DNA of 64,000 bases. Source: Clostridiales bacterium. Lineage in GTDB: Bacteria > Bacillota > Clostridia > TANB77 > CAG-508. The notes below the pieces were generated by a model, which did no database searches, was not told the DNA's origin, and saw only the letters and a program-made list of their open reading frames with translations. Where the stretch lies: contig SVGD01000007.1 of assembly GCA_015056485.1 (NCBI GenBank), positions 12,425-76,424 on the forward strand. The letters run 5' to 3'. Within the stretch, counting starts at the first letter, position 1. The number at the start of each line of letters is the position of its first letter. A program made the position numbers and the translations under genes. Below, in pieces: positions 7,998 to 16,896 of this stretch.

Positions 7998-8846
7998 ATG
8001 GTAATAGGAACTTTAATTGCAACTGCGATTTCATTTCTATTTGGCTATATAGCACAAATAATATTCACTTGGTTCAATGGTGTATATGATGTAATGTTTT
8101 GGAACGCATTTGCTATAGAAATTAATTTCAGAGGATTATCAAATTTTAGTATTTCAGGTTTATACAATGCAATTTATTCTTTTGCAATTGCATTACTAAT
8201 TATGTTTTTTGTTAAGAAAATGATTGAAGTTTATATGGCTTGGTCAAATGGAGATCCAGAAGTAAGTCCTTTAACAGTAGTTGTAGGATTTGTAAAAGCA
8301 ATGATTATTATGATTTGTTTTGGATTTATCTATACTCAATTTGCCTGGATTTGTTATGACTTATATCAATCAATATTTATAGGAATGTTAGGAAACTTCC
8401 AAACAATGGGTGTAACAATAGGAAATGTAGCTTGGAATATATTAGGTGCATTTTTCTATCTAATAATAGCAATTTATATGATACTTATATATTTTCAAAC
8501 TATTACAAGAGGAATTGAAATGTTTATATTACGTTTAGCAATTCCATTCGCTTGTTTAGGCTTGCTCAATTCAGATGGAGGAGCATTTAATGGATATGTA
8601 AAGAAATTTATATCAAATGCTTTTACAGTAATAGTCCAATTAGCATTATTGCAATTTGCTATTTTATTAATGAATAACGCTCATCTAATTCTATCATTAT
8701 CTACAGTAATGATAGCAAATAGAACTCCACATATGCTTAGAGAGTTTATGGAAACGTCTGGAGGAAACAACGGATTAGGTTCTAAAGTATCAACAGCAAC
8801 AAGAACAGTAAGTAGCTTTAAAAATATTATAAGTAAAGGTAGATAA
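7998..8846 (+). CDS. Polytopic membrane protein (VirB6/TrbL-like candidate of the mating channel)
   Basis: At least six hydrophobic helices and a C-terminal hydrophilic tail. Lies within the T4SS gene block. Confidence 0.4.
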   Translation: MVIGTLIATAISFLFGYIAQIIFTWFNGVYDVMFWNAFAIEINFRGLSNFSISGLYNAIYSFAIALLIMFFVKKMIEVYMAWSNGDPEVSPLTVVVGFVKAMIIMICFGFIYTQFAWICYDLYQSIFIGMLGNFQTMGVTIGNVAWNILGAFFYLIIAIYMILIYFQTITRGIEMFILRLAIPFACLGLLNSDGGAFNGYVKKFISNAFTVIVQLALLQFAILLMNNAHLILSLSTVMIANRTPHMLREFMETSGGNNGLGSKVSTATRTVSSFKNIISKGR

Positions 8847-8847
8847 A

Positions 8848-9378
8848 ATGATTTATATAAGGAAAAATTTAGACAATATTTTACACCCTAATGAGCCATA
8901 TACAATAACATATTTAGATCACAAAGGAAGATTAGTAAAAACCACAAATGAAATTGATTTATTTAAAATTTGTAATCAATTATATGGAATAAAAGAATTA
9001 ATTGAAAAGGGGATTATAGCTTCTAGTAAATATGATTATGATGATTGCTGTACATATGTATATGGATTTAACACCAGGAAAGCAATTGAATTAGTAAAAG
9101 AACATATACAAGATTTAAACGTAACAATTATTCAAATTACACTTGATAAAGAACAAGTATTTTCAGTACAAAATTTAACAAATGTATTAAAAAACGTACA
9201 AGAAGCTATAAAGGTAAGAAATGAACTTATAAAGGAATATCAAGAGGAAGAAAAAGGATATAGAAAAGATTTAGTACAAAAAGTTATTCATATTCAGTCT
9301 GAAAGGGATTTTAGAAATGAAGAAATATCAAAGTATAAACAAAGATTGAAACAATATGAAAATGTAGCTGAAAGATAA
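8848..9378 (+). CDS. Hypothetical cytoplasmic protein
   Basis: 176-aa ORF translationally coupled to the upstream gene (TAAAATG overlap). Confidence 0.5.
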   Translation: MIYIRKNLDNILHPNEPYTITYLDHKGRLVKTTNEIDLFKICNQLYGIKELIEKGIIASSKYDYDDCCTYVYGFNTRKAIELVKEHIQDLNVTIIQITLDKEQVFSVQNLTNVLKNVQEAIKVRNELIKEYQEEEKGYRKDLVQKVIHIQSERDFRNEEISKYKQRLKQYENVAER

Positions 9379-9395
9379 TTAATACGGAGGATAAA

Positions 9396-10022
9396 ATGAG
9401 TAGAATATATCACATTGTAAATTATTTGGGTTATTTAGCAGGATTTTGTTGTGTATTAATGATAGGAATGGCTGTATTTAAAATACTGACAGGAGATGAA
9501 ATGGAATATAGAAAATATTTAACAAGAATAAGAAATGGATTAATAGCATTAGTTCTTGTCCTAACAATAAGCACAACAAAGAATCTAGTTTTAACATATT
9601 TCCCATATGTAGAATCATCAGACGCAATTGGAGATTTTTCAACACTTCAAGCAACCTTAACTGATGGAACACTTGAAAAAGAAGCAAATGACAAAAAAGG
9701 GAGATGGACAATTTCGATTGATGGGGATTTATATGTAAAAACTGGTGTTAAGAAAATAAATTTTGGAAGTTTTTTAAATTCTTGGAAAAAAGATGTAGAT
9801 GTTTTCAAAACATATGATGAATGTCAAGGAATAACAAGTGGTTCAGTAGCAGAAGAAAAATATTATATGTATTGGACAGAATATAATGGGAAAAACGTAG
9901 GTCTTCTTATAAGTCCTTCATTAAAGGGATCAATACACAATGATGATGAGTTCAAGGAGCTTGTATTAAATCCCTGGATAAATAGTGGTTGTGAATCACA
10001 ATATGAACATATAGCAAATTAG
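9396..10022 (+). CDS. Membrane-anchored extracytoplasmic protein (N-terminal TM; VirB8/TcpC-like candidate)
   Basis: N-terminal hydrophobic helix followed by a roughly 170-aa soluble domain. RBS GGAGGA upstream. Confidence 0.4.
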   Translation: MSRIYHIVNYLGYLAGFCCVLMIGMAVFKILTGDEMEYRKYLTRIRNGLIALVLVLTISTTKNLVLTYFPYVESSDAIGDFSTLQATLTDGTLEKEANDKKGRWTISIDGDLYVKTGVKKINFGSFLNSWKKDVDVFKTYDECQGITSGSVAEEKYYMYWTEYNGKNVGLLISPSLKGSIHNDDEFKELVLNPWINSGCESQYEHIAN

Positions 10023-10036
10023 GAGGATTTTGAAAT

Positions 10037-10381
10037 ATGAAAATAATAAGAAAATCTAAAATGCCAAATGGGACAGATATACAAATTGAAGATTGGAGAT
10101 TAGATTATCCATTTATAGATACACTTCAAATTGCAGTATATCCTAAAGCTAAAAACACAAGTAAATATGGGTGGGTAGAAAGCAATAAATGTTTTAGATT
10201 AACTTTAGTGAATTTTAAAAATGATGAAGATGTAGAAGACACTTTTAAAAAATTAGAAGCAGGAAAAATAAAGCTTGAAACATTAGAACAACATTTTGAA
10301 AATGGACACAGAGATAAATTTTATTTAGGTCTTGATAATACAGAAGAAATAGAACAAGACCAGGAAGGAGAAGAAATTTAA
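10037..10381 (+). CDS. Hypothetical protein
   Basis: 114-aa ORF with RBS AGGAGGA upstream and an acidic C-terminus. Confidence 0.5.
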   Translation: MKIIRKSKMPNGTDIQIEDWRLDYPFIDTLQIAVYPKAKNTSKYGWVESNKCFRLTLVNFKNDEDVEDTFKKLEAGKIKLETLEQHFENGHRDKFYLGLDNTEEIEQDQEGEEI

Positions 10382-10383
10382 AA

Positions 10384-10701
10384 ATGGAAGATGAAAATAG
10401 ATTTCAAATAAATATGCCTGCAAATGTGAAAACAAGAGTAGAAGTCATTAATGGTATTGGGATTCAAGAAATGATTATAACAGCTGTTGCTAGCATAATT
10501 GCTGTGTTTATAGCCCTGATTTATAATGCAATCTTTAATAATTATTTAGTTGCAGTTGGAATATGGGGATTTATAACAGCTATAGCTTTTATTTCAGTTA
10601 TGAAAGATAAATACAACACCTGTATTGCAGAGTTGATTGGGAATATTATTAAGTTTTATCAAAGCCAAAGAATATATGAATATACAATCAAGGAGGAATA
10701 A
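10384..10701 (+). CDS. Small 2-TM membrane protein, TcpE/VirB3-like position ahead of the VirB4-like ATPase
   Basis: 105 aa with two adjacent hydrophobic helices. Gene order small TM protein then VirB4 is typical of Gram-positive T4SS. Confidence 0.5.
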   Translation: MEDENRFQINMPANVKTRVEVINGIGIQEMIITAVASIIAVFIALIYNAIFNNYLVAVGIWGFITAIAFISVMKDKYNTCIAELIGNIIKFYQSQRIYEYTIKEE

Positions 10702-10705
10702 TTAA

Positions 10706-11311
10706 ATGTTATTTTCACGAAAGAAAAAAGATAAAGACAAAGTAAAAATGTCAGCAAATTTATTTTTAAATATTAAAGATGTACAGGGAAATTTTCTATA
10801 TACAATTGACAACAAAGTTTTGTGCTATTTAAGAATATTTCCAAAAAATTGTAAGTTGATGTCGAAAGTAGAACAAGTAGCTCACGGAAAAAGTATAACT
10901 AGAAATTTTGCTAGTGAGCTTAAACCTTTAAAGCTATATTTTACCAATAGACCAATAGATTTAAGAAAAAATCAAGACTTTCAAGCAAGCCTTATGGAAA
11001 AGGAAAAGGAAGCTCTAAAATTTTCATTATTGGATAAAAGAAGTAGAAGTTTTGGAGTTTTATCAACTACTGGAAAAGCTCTTGAAAGTGAGATTTATCT
11101 AATTATATGGGCTGATAATGATGAATATGTAGAACAAGAGTTAATAAAAAGAGTAAGCGAAATACGAATGAAATTAACTAACAGTGGATATAAAACGCAA
11201 ATATTAGATGAAAGACTAATAATTCAATTAATAAATAGTTATAACAATCCAGATATTGCTTATATAGAAGATCAAAATTATTTAGAAAGTCCATTACAAG
11301 TTAAGATATAA
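10706..11311 (+). CDS. Hypothetical protein, possibly the detached N-terminal module of the VirB4/TcpF-like ATPase
   Basis: 201 aa. Together with 11371..13202 the total is about 800 aa, the usual size of Gram-positive VirB4 homologues. The two are separated by a 60-nt segment with stops in all frames. Confidence 0.4.
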   Translation: MLFSRKKKDKDKVKMSANLFLNIKDVQGNFLYTIDNKVLCYLRIFPKNCKLMSKVEQVAHGKSITRNFASELKPLKLYFTNRPIDLRKNQDFQASLMEKEKEALKFSLLDKRSRSFGVLSTTGKALESEIYLIIWADNDEYVEQELIKRVSEIRMKLTNSGYKTQILDERLIIQLINSYNNPDIAYIEDQNYLESPLQVKI

Positions 11312-11370
11312 TTTTAAATTTACGAAAGATAAAAATAATTAGCACTTGGCTAATAGAAAGAGAGTTACAA

Positions 11371-13202
11371 ATGAAAACAAAAGAAATTGAAATAATGCCT
11401 ATAAATCAAGAGTTATTAGCACTTATAACTCCACAAGGGATTGAATTAAAACATAATAAAGTGCAACTTGGAGAATATCAACATAAATTACAGTATGTAA
11501 GTGGCTATCCATCTGCAGTAAATGTAGGTTGGCTTTTAAATCTTAAAGACATACCAAATACAACAGTAAGTCTTGTAATAGCACCAATAGAAAATGTGCA
11601 AGAATATGTAGAAGGAATATCAAAAGGACTAACAACAGATAAAAATATTTATAATACAACTAATAACGAAGCTTTGAAAACACAAGCTGAATTTAAAATA
11701 AGATCAGCAGAAAAGATAATAAAAGATATAACAGTTGATAATATTCCGTATGTAAATGTATCTTTTGTATCAAACACAATTGGCGAAAATGATAATAATT
11801 TTAGCGAAAATTGTAGAACTGTAAGAAATAAAATTGCAGGTATGGGATTAAAAGCAAGAGTTCCTGCATTTACACAAGAAAAAGCATTAAGACAGAGTTC
11901 TCCATATGATACTTATTATCAAGATATAACTAAAATATCTAATAAAACAATGAGCTTAGAAGCATTGTTTTTAGGATTACCTTTTTCAGGAAGTGGATTA
12001 GTAGATGTAGAAGGTTATTATTTAGGAACTGATGAAGATGGAAGAATGATAGCTGTTTCGCCATTTTTCAAAGGAAATGACAGAACTAATTCTAACATTG
12101 TAATTGAAGGTTCTTCTGGTTCAGGAAAATCATTTTTGGCTAAAAAAATAATGCTAAACGAATGGTTAAATCGGTACAAAAATTTTTGCAATTGATCCTG
12201 AATCAGAACTACGCCCTATGTGTAAATTATTGGGTGGAAAATGGATTGATTGTTCAGGAGGAACTGGAAAAAATGTAGGAAGAATAAATCCGTTGCAAGT
12301 AAATCCATTGCCTAAAATTACAGATTTTGAAGATGATGAAGAAGAAGAATATATTTCAAAAAAGTCAGCATTAGGTTTACATTTAGATTTTTTAAGTACA
12401 TTTTTTAAATTATATTATCCTGAAATAACTTCTCTGCAAATGAGCTTATTGATGGAGATATTAGAAGAGTTATATAAAAACTTTAATATTACATATGACA
12501 CAGATATAACAAATATTGATTCAAATAAATTTCCTATTATGGAAGATTTATATGAGTTATTATTAAAAAAAGTAAATTCAAATATCGAGCATAAAAGAGA
12601 AATTGAAGAAATAAGAGCAGTTGTAAGAGAACTTTCAATTGGTCATCACGGAGAAATATTCAATGGTTATACTTCATTAGATTTGGACAGTAGCTTTATA
12701 TGTTTAGATGTTTATAGTTTACAAGGAGCTTCTGAAAAAGTAAAAAGATGTCAGTATTTTAATATATTAAGGTATTGTCAAGATCAAGCTTTTAAAAACA
12801 GAGAAGAGCGTTGTTATGTGGTTTGTGATGAAGCATATTTATTAGTTGATAGAAAAGTACCACAAACAATAGAATTTTTAAGAAATTTCTGTAAGCGTGC
12901 AAGAAAATATGAATGTGGCCTAATGACAATTACACAAAGTTTGGTAGACTTTTTAGCACCAGAAGTTAAGATGTATGGACAAGCATTACTTGACAACTCA
13001 ACTTATAAATTCTTTTTCGGAATAGATCGGAAAAGATTTAGAGGAAGTAGTAAATCTATATAATTTGAATCAAGAAGAAAAAGCTATATTAAGTCAAAAA
13101 GATAAAGGACGTGGATTATTCTTTGTTGGTTCAGGCCATACGTTAATTAATGTTAAAGCTCTTGATTGGGAAAAAGAATATTTAATTGGTGGTGGAAGAT
13201 AA
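11371..13202 (+). pseudogene. VirB4/TcpF-like conjugation ATPase, interrupted by frameshifts near 12180 and 13040 (track ORFs 11371..12195, 12218..13063; C-terminal tail to about 13202)
   Basis: Walker A 'VIEGSSGSGKSFLAKKIM' is present. The continuation 'AIDPESEYRALCKLLGGKWIDCSGG...INPLQV' and the C-terminal tail 'YNLNQEEKAILSQKDKGRGLFFVGSGHTLINVKALDWEKEYLIGGGR*' are in shifted frames. Both breaks sit in A/T homopolymers. Confidence 0.75.
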
Positions 13203-13891
13203 TGTCGGAAAATAAAGCAAAAGATTTAACAGAAACAGTATTTAGTTTTTTATCAATTAAAGTAAAAATGATAATTATTGGAGTTTGTCTTGGATTATTT
13301 ATAATATTTATTGGAGTGTTTGCTCTTATTGGAATATTTTCTAATAATTCAAGCACAAATTTAGATGATGAGGAAAAAGGTGGAAGTTCAGGAAGTGTTG
13401 CAATAGCAGAAAATCCATATAAATATACAGGAGCAAAATTTAATATGCCATTTGAAGTATGGGATAGTACAAGAGATGTTATTACATCAAAATTTTCTCC
13501 AAAGAGAACTATAACAGTAAATGGTGTAACTCAAACAAGACCACATACAGGAATAGACCTAGTTGTTGTATCAAAGTCTAGTCCTAAAATATGTTCTGCA
13601 TTAAGTGGTAAGGTTATTGTAGCAACAGCAGGAAGTACAGGGTATGGAAATTATGTGGTTTTAGAACATAATTTAGATGATGGAACAAAGATATATACAT
13701 TATATGGACATATGATACATAATTCAATACAAGTAGCTGTTGGAGATGAAGTTGCACAAGGTCAAATTTTAGGTACAATGGGTAGCACAGGAAATTCAAC
13801 AGGTTCACACCTACATTTTGAAGTGAGAATTGGAGAAAATTTAAGTAGTAAAACTGTTGATCCTTTTCCATATCTTTTTGGAACAGCATAA
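13202..13891 (+). CDS. M23 family metallopeptidase (peptidoglycan hydrolase of the transfer apparatus)
   Basis: N-terminal TM segment. 'PHTGIDLVV...GYGNYVVLEH...YGHM...GSTGNSTGSHLHFEV' carries the HxxxD and HxH signature of LytM/M23 peptidases. ATG at 13202 overlaps the VirB4 stop. The track start 13166 is out-of-context read-through. Confidence 0.85.
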   Translation: MSENKAKDLTETVFSFLSIKVKMIIIGVCLGLFIIFIGVFALIGIFSNNSSTNLDDEEKGGSSGSVAIAENPYKYTGAKFNMPFEVWDSTRDVITSKFSPKRTITVNGVTQTRPHTGIDLVVVSKSSPKICSALSGKVIVATAGSTGYGNYVVLEHNLDDGTKIYTLYGHMIHNSIQVAVGDEVAQGQILGTMGSTGNSTGSHLHFEVRIGENLSSKTVDPFPYLFGTA

Positions 13892-13913
13892 AACTAAAAA
13901 GGAGTAAAAAAAT

Positions 13914-14249
13914 ATGAAAGAAAAACAAGACTTAAAAAAACAATTAATTATATTAAGTATAGTATTAGTTTTAGTAATTATTTTAGCAATTATAATGAAT
14001 ATGAATAGCAGAGAAAATGAAAGCTATACAAAGATAAAGGATTCTACTGAAAATCAAACTACAACACAAGAGCCAAGTGTTGAGGATTTTATGGATAAAT
14101 TAAAAGGGTTAGTTGAAGAATCTACAACAAGTACAAATGAAAATACTACAAATGAAGAACAAAATTCTATTAATTATGAGGAAACAGAAATAATAGAGTT
14201 AGATACAGGAGAAATTGTTTTATTTAATGAACAAGATCACGGAGAATAA
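13914..14249 (+). CDS. Small membrane-anchored acidic/Thr-rich protein
   Basis: N-terminal TM (ILSIVLVLVIILAIIM), RBS AAAGGAG upstream. Confidence 0.5.
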   Translation: MKEKQDLKKQLIILSIVLVLVIILAIIMNMNSRENESYTKIKDSTENQTTTQEPSVEDFMDKLKGLVEESTTSTNENTTNEEQNSINYEETEIIELDTGEIVLFNEQDHGE

Positions 14250-14265
14250 AAGGGAGAGTTGATCA

Positions 14266-15450
14266 ATGGAGAATGATAGATTATATAAGAAATATATTTA
14301 TATTTCAAAAGAACCACGAGCAATAATTGAAGAGTATTGCAAAGAACACAGAATTAATTTAGTAATGAGATTTATAAATGAATATAATTTAAAAAAATTC
14401 CTAGAAACAGAGTTGAGAAATTTGAATGGCGTAGATTATTTAATAATTGATTTACAAGCAATTATTAATACTACACCAGAAAATGAGATTGCTAGTTCCA
14501 TAGAACTTATTAGAAGAATGTATAATGTTAGAATCATTATATTAGCAGAAGGGTACAAAGAAGGAAATGTACTTTTAGGAAGGATTTTTAATTTAGGCAT
14601 TTATAATATTGTTACAGCAAGAAATGATGTTATGTTTGCAGAAGAAATTGAAAGAGTTTTTTCAGAAGAAGGTATGACTTTTGGAAATGCAATGAAATAT
14701 AAAATAAGTGATAGTATGTTAGTAATTAATAAAACAACAAAAGTTGTAAAAGAAAATATAAAAAGAGCTAAACAAACTATTACAATTGGTATTGCAGGAA
14801 CAGAAAAACATATAGGAGCTACAACTGTTGCTATAAATATAGTGAAATATCTATCAGAATTAACAAATGTTACAGCTTGCTATATTGAAAATAATAATCA
14901 TAATTCAATATATAGCTTGGTAGAAGATGAAAGTTTACAAACAGTTTATAATGAAGTTTTAAAGAAAATTACATATGAAGGTATTGATTTATATGAAAGA
15001 CCAGAGAATCTTGCTGATATTTTAAAATTTGAATACGAATTTTATGTATTTGATTTTGGGAATTTTGAAGAAATGTCCAAAGAAGAAATATCTTCATTTT
15101 TGACAAGAGATTTAAAAATTATTGTATCTGGTAATAAAACTTGGGAAATAAGCAAATTAATTGAAACATTTATGATAATTGGCGAAGATATAAACTCTTA
15201 TCTAATATTTAATTTTGTCAGAAATGAGAATAAAGAAACGTTTAGAGAAAGTCTAGGAAAGTTTTGGAAAGAAAGGGCTTCATTTAGTGAATTTGTTCCT
15301 GAACCTTTTATAGTAGGAAACAGAAAGTTTTATGAAACAATATTAAAAGACTATTTATTAAATACTAATATAGAGGAAGTGAAGGAAAAAAAGGGAATAT
15401 TTAATATATTAAAAAATAAAAAAGGAAAAGAAAATGTTAAAAAGAAATAA
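14266..15450 (+). CDS. Protein with N-terminal receiver-like region and degenerate ParA/MinD-like P-loop (TadZ/CpaE-like architecture)
   Basis: 'ITIGIAGTEKHIGATTVAINIVKYL' sits where a deviant Walker A (KGGxGKTT) would be, but it is degenerate. N-terminal roughly 130 aa are alpha/beta-like. The assignment is tentative. Confidence 0.35.
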   Translation: MENDRLYKKYIYISKEPRAIIEEYCKEHRINLVMRFINEYNLKKFLETELRNLNGVDYLIIDLQAIINTTPENEIASSIELIRRMYNVRIIILAEGYKEGNVLLGRIFNLGIYNIVTARNDVMFAEEIERVFSEEGMTFGNAMKYKISDSMLVINKTTKVVKENIKRAKQTITIGIAGTEKHIGATTVAINIVKYLSELTNVTACYIENNNHNSIYSLVEDESLQTVYNEVLKKITYEGIDLYERPENLADILKFEYEFYVFDFGNFEEMSKEEISSFLTRDLKIIVSGNKTWEISKLIETFMIIGEDINSYLIFNFVRNENKETFRESLGKFWKERASFSEFVPEPFIVGNRKFYETILKDYLLNTNIEEVKEKKGIFNILKNKKGKENVKKK

Positions 15451-15745
15451 GCAAAAATCAATTTATGATAAGGCACTAGAAAAAAAGAAAGAGAACTTAG
15501 AAAGAGAAAATCTTTATAAAAATCTTGATTTAGATCGAGAGAAAAATACAATTATTTTTGAACAAAAAAATAATACATTCATTAAAGTATTGAATTTTTT
15601 GTTAGATACAATTGAAAGAATAATAAAATTTTTTATTATTATAATTGCTTTTATATTATTAACTATTGGAGCAACAGTATTATTCAATCCTGGTTTGAGG
15701 GAGAATCTGTTAGAAATAATTAACAATATAAATATATTGACATAA
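15434..15745 (+). CDS. Small membrane protein
   Basis: 103 aa with a C-terminal hydrophobic helix. Ends inside cassette copy 2. Confidence 0.45.
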   Translation: MLKRNKQKSIYDKALEKKKENLERENLYKNLDLDREKNTIIFEQKNNTFIKVLNFLLDTIERIIKFFIIIIAFILLTIGATVLFNPGLRENLLEIINNINILT

Positions 15746-15806
15746 TTTTTTGCAAAAACATTGCAAAATTCTGCAGTATACATTCAAGAAATAAGGTGCT
15801 AAAATA
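15737..15806 (+). promoter_or_regulatory. Regulatory cassette copy 2 (promoter part): TTGACA 15737-42, palindrome 15746-57, TATACA 15777-82, extended -10 TGcTAAAAT 15797-15805
   Basis: Same sequence family as copy 1. The downstream leader differs; see the finding on 15826..15957. Confidence 0.6.
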
Positions 15807-15974
15807 TAGTTACAAATTAAGAAAAAGGTATGTACTTTTTAAATAAGTATGTAGAGTAAAGCTATATTTTTAAAAATATTATTCTTGCTCCTTTCGGTAA
15901 TATTTTTTGTAATCCCCTTTTATATTTCTTGATCTGCATACTTATTTAAGGAGTACATAAAAAAGGAGGGTAAA

Positions 15975-16394
15975 ATGAAGAAGAAAATAATAATCATATC
16001 AATAATACTACTTGTTATAATTCTAATTATAGTAGGAATTGTTTTATACAAAAATTTTGATAAAACAGATTATGACAGAGTATATATAAGTTCATTTGAT
16101 ATTGATGGAAGATTAGCTGAATATAAGTTTAAGCCAGGAGTAGATACAACAGAAACTTGTAAAATTAAATTTAAGTTAAAAGAAAATTTAAAAGACAACA
16201 TTCGCATAAGTCTTTATAAAATAGAAGATGGAAGAGAATTAAATGTTAAACTGAATGAAAATCTAGAAACAGCTGAATTGCAAAATATTAATGAATTAGA
16301 ATTAAAGCTAGTAGTATATATAGAAAAATCATATGAATTGTTAGATAAAGACTATATTGATATAGGCTATTTATCTATAAATAATGCTAACTAA
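15975..16394 (+). CDS. Membrane-anchored protein (N-terminal TM), unknown function
   Basis: RBS AAAAGGAGGG. 'IIIISIILLVIILIIVGIVL' is a TM helix. Confidence 0.55.
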   Translation: MKKKIIIISIILLVIILIIVGIVLYKNFDKTDYDRVYISSFDIDGRLAEYKFKPGVDTTETCKIKFKLKENLKDNIRISLYKIEDGRELNVKLNENLETAELQNINELELKLVVYIEKSYELLDKDYIDIGYLSINNAN

Positions 16395-16448
16395 AGATAA
16401 AATATATAAGATACAAAAGATAAAATTAATAAAATACTAAAGACAAAA

Positions 16449-16480
16449 GCCAAGAACAGTAGTTCCTGGCTGATTTTATT
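16449..16480 (+). terminator. Intrinsic terminator-like hairpin AGCCAAGAAC-agtag-GTTCCTGGCT plus T-rich tail
   Basis: 10-bp stem with one mismatch, downstream of 15975..16394. Confidence 0.45.
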
Positions 16481-16579
16481 AATATTGAAAAAAACATTAA
16501 AAAGTGCTATAATTATAATAGATTTACAATAAGTAAATTCAGTAAAAACACTAATGTCGACAACACGGAGGAAAAGATT

Positions 16580-16741
16580 ATGATTGACACCAAAAATTAC
16601 ATCTTAGTAGAAGGCGAAGGATATGCCAACAAGTCTGAAGCATACGATACGATTCGGTTGTGCTACAGCACTCTGAAAGGCGTAACTACCTATTACGACA
16701 ATGGCCTTTGGTACATTGTTCAATCTAAGGCTCTTATGTGA
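16580..16741 (+). CDS. Small (53 aa) hypothetical protein encoded in a locally GC-rich (about 40%) segment
   Basis: RBS ACGGAGGAAAAG then ATG. Protein is MIDTKNYILVEGEGYANKSEAYDTIRLCYSTLKGVTTYYDNGLWYIVQSKALM. Not in the ORF track because it is under 60 aa. The antisense track ORF 16604..16918 is rejected. Confidence 0.45.
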   Translation: MIDTKNYILVEGEGYANKSEAYDTIRLCYSTLKGVTTYYDNGLWYIVQSKALM

Positions 16742-16896
16742 GCTATCATCACAGTAATGTGGAGGAGGGAAGCACCTGCAACCCTCTTTTATTTTTGGAA
16801 AAAATTTGATATTTTTTAGCGAAAAATAAGCCATTTTATTGTCGAAAATAATGATTTGTGATAGAATAACTCCTGTAAGGAGTATAGGGGGTAAAA

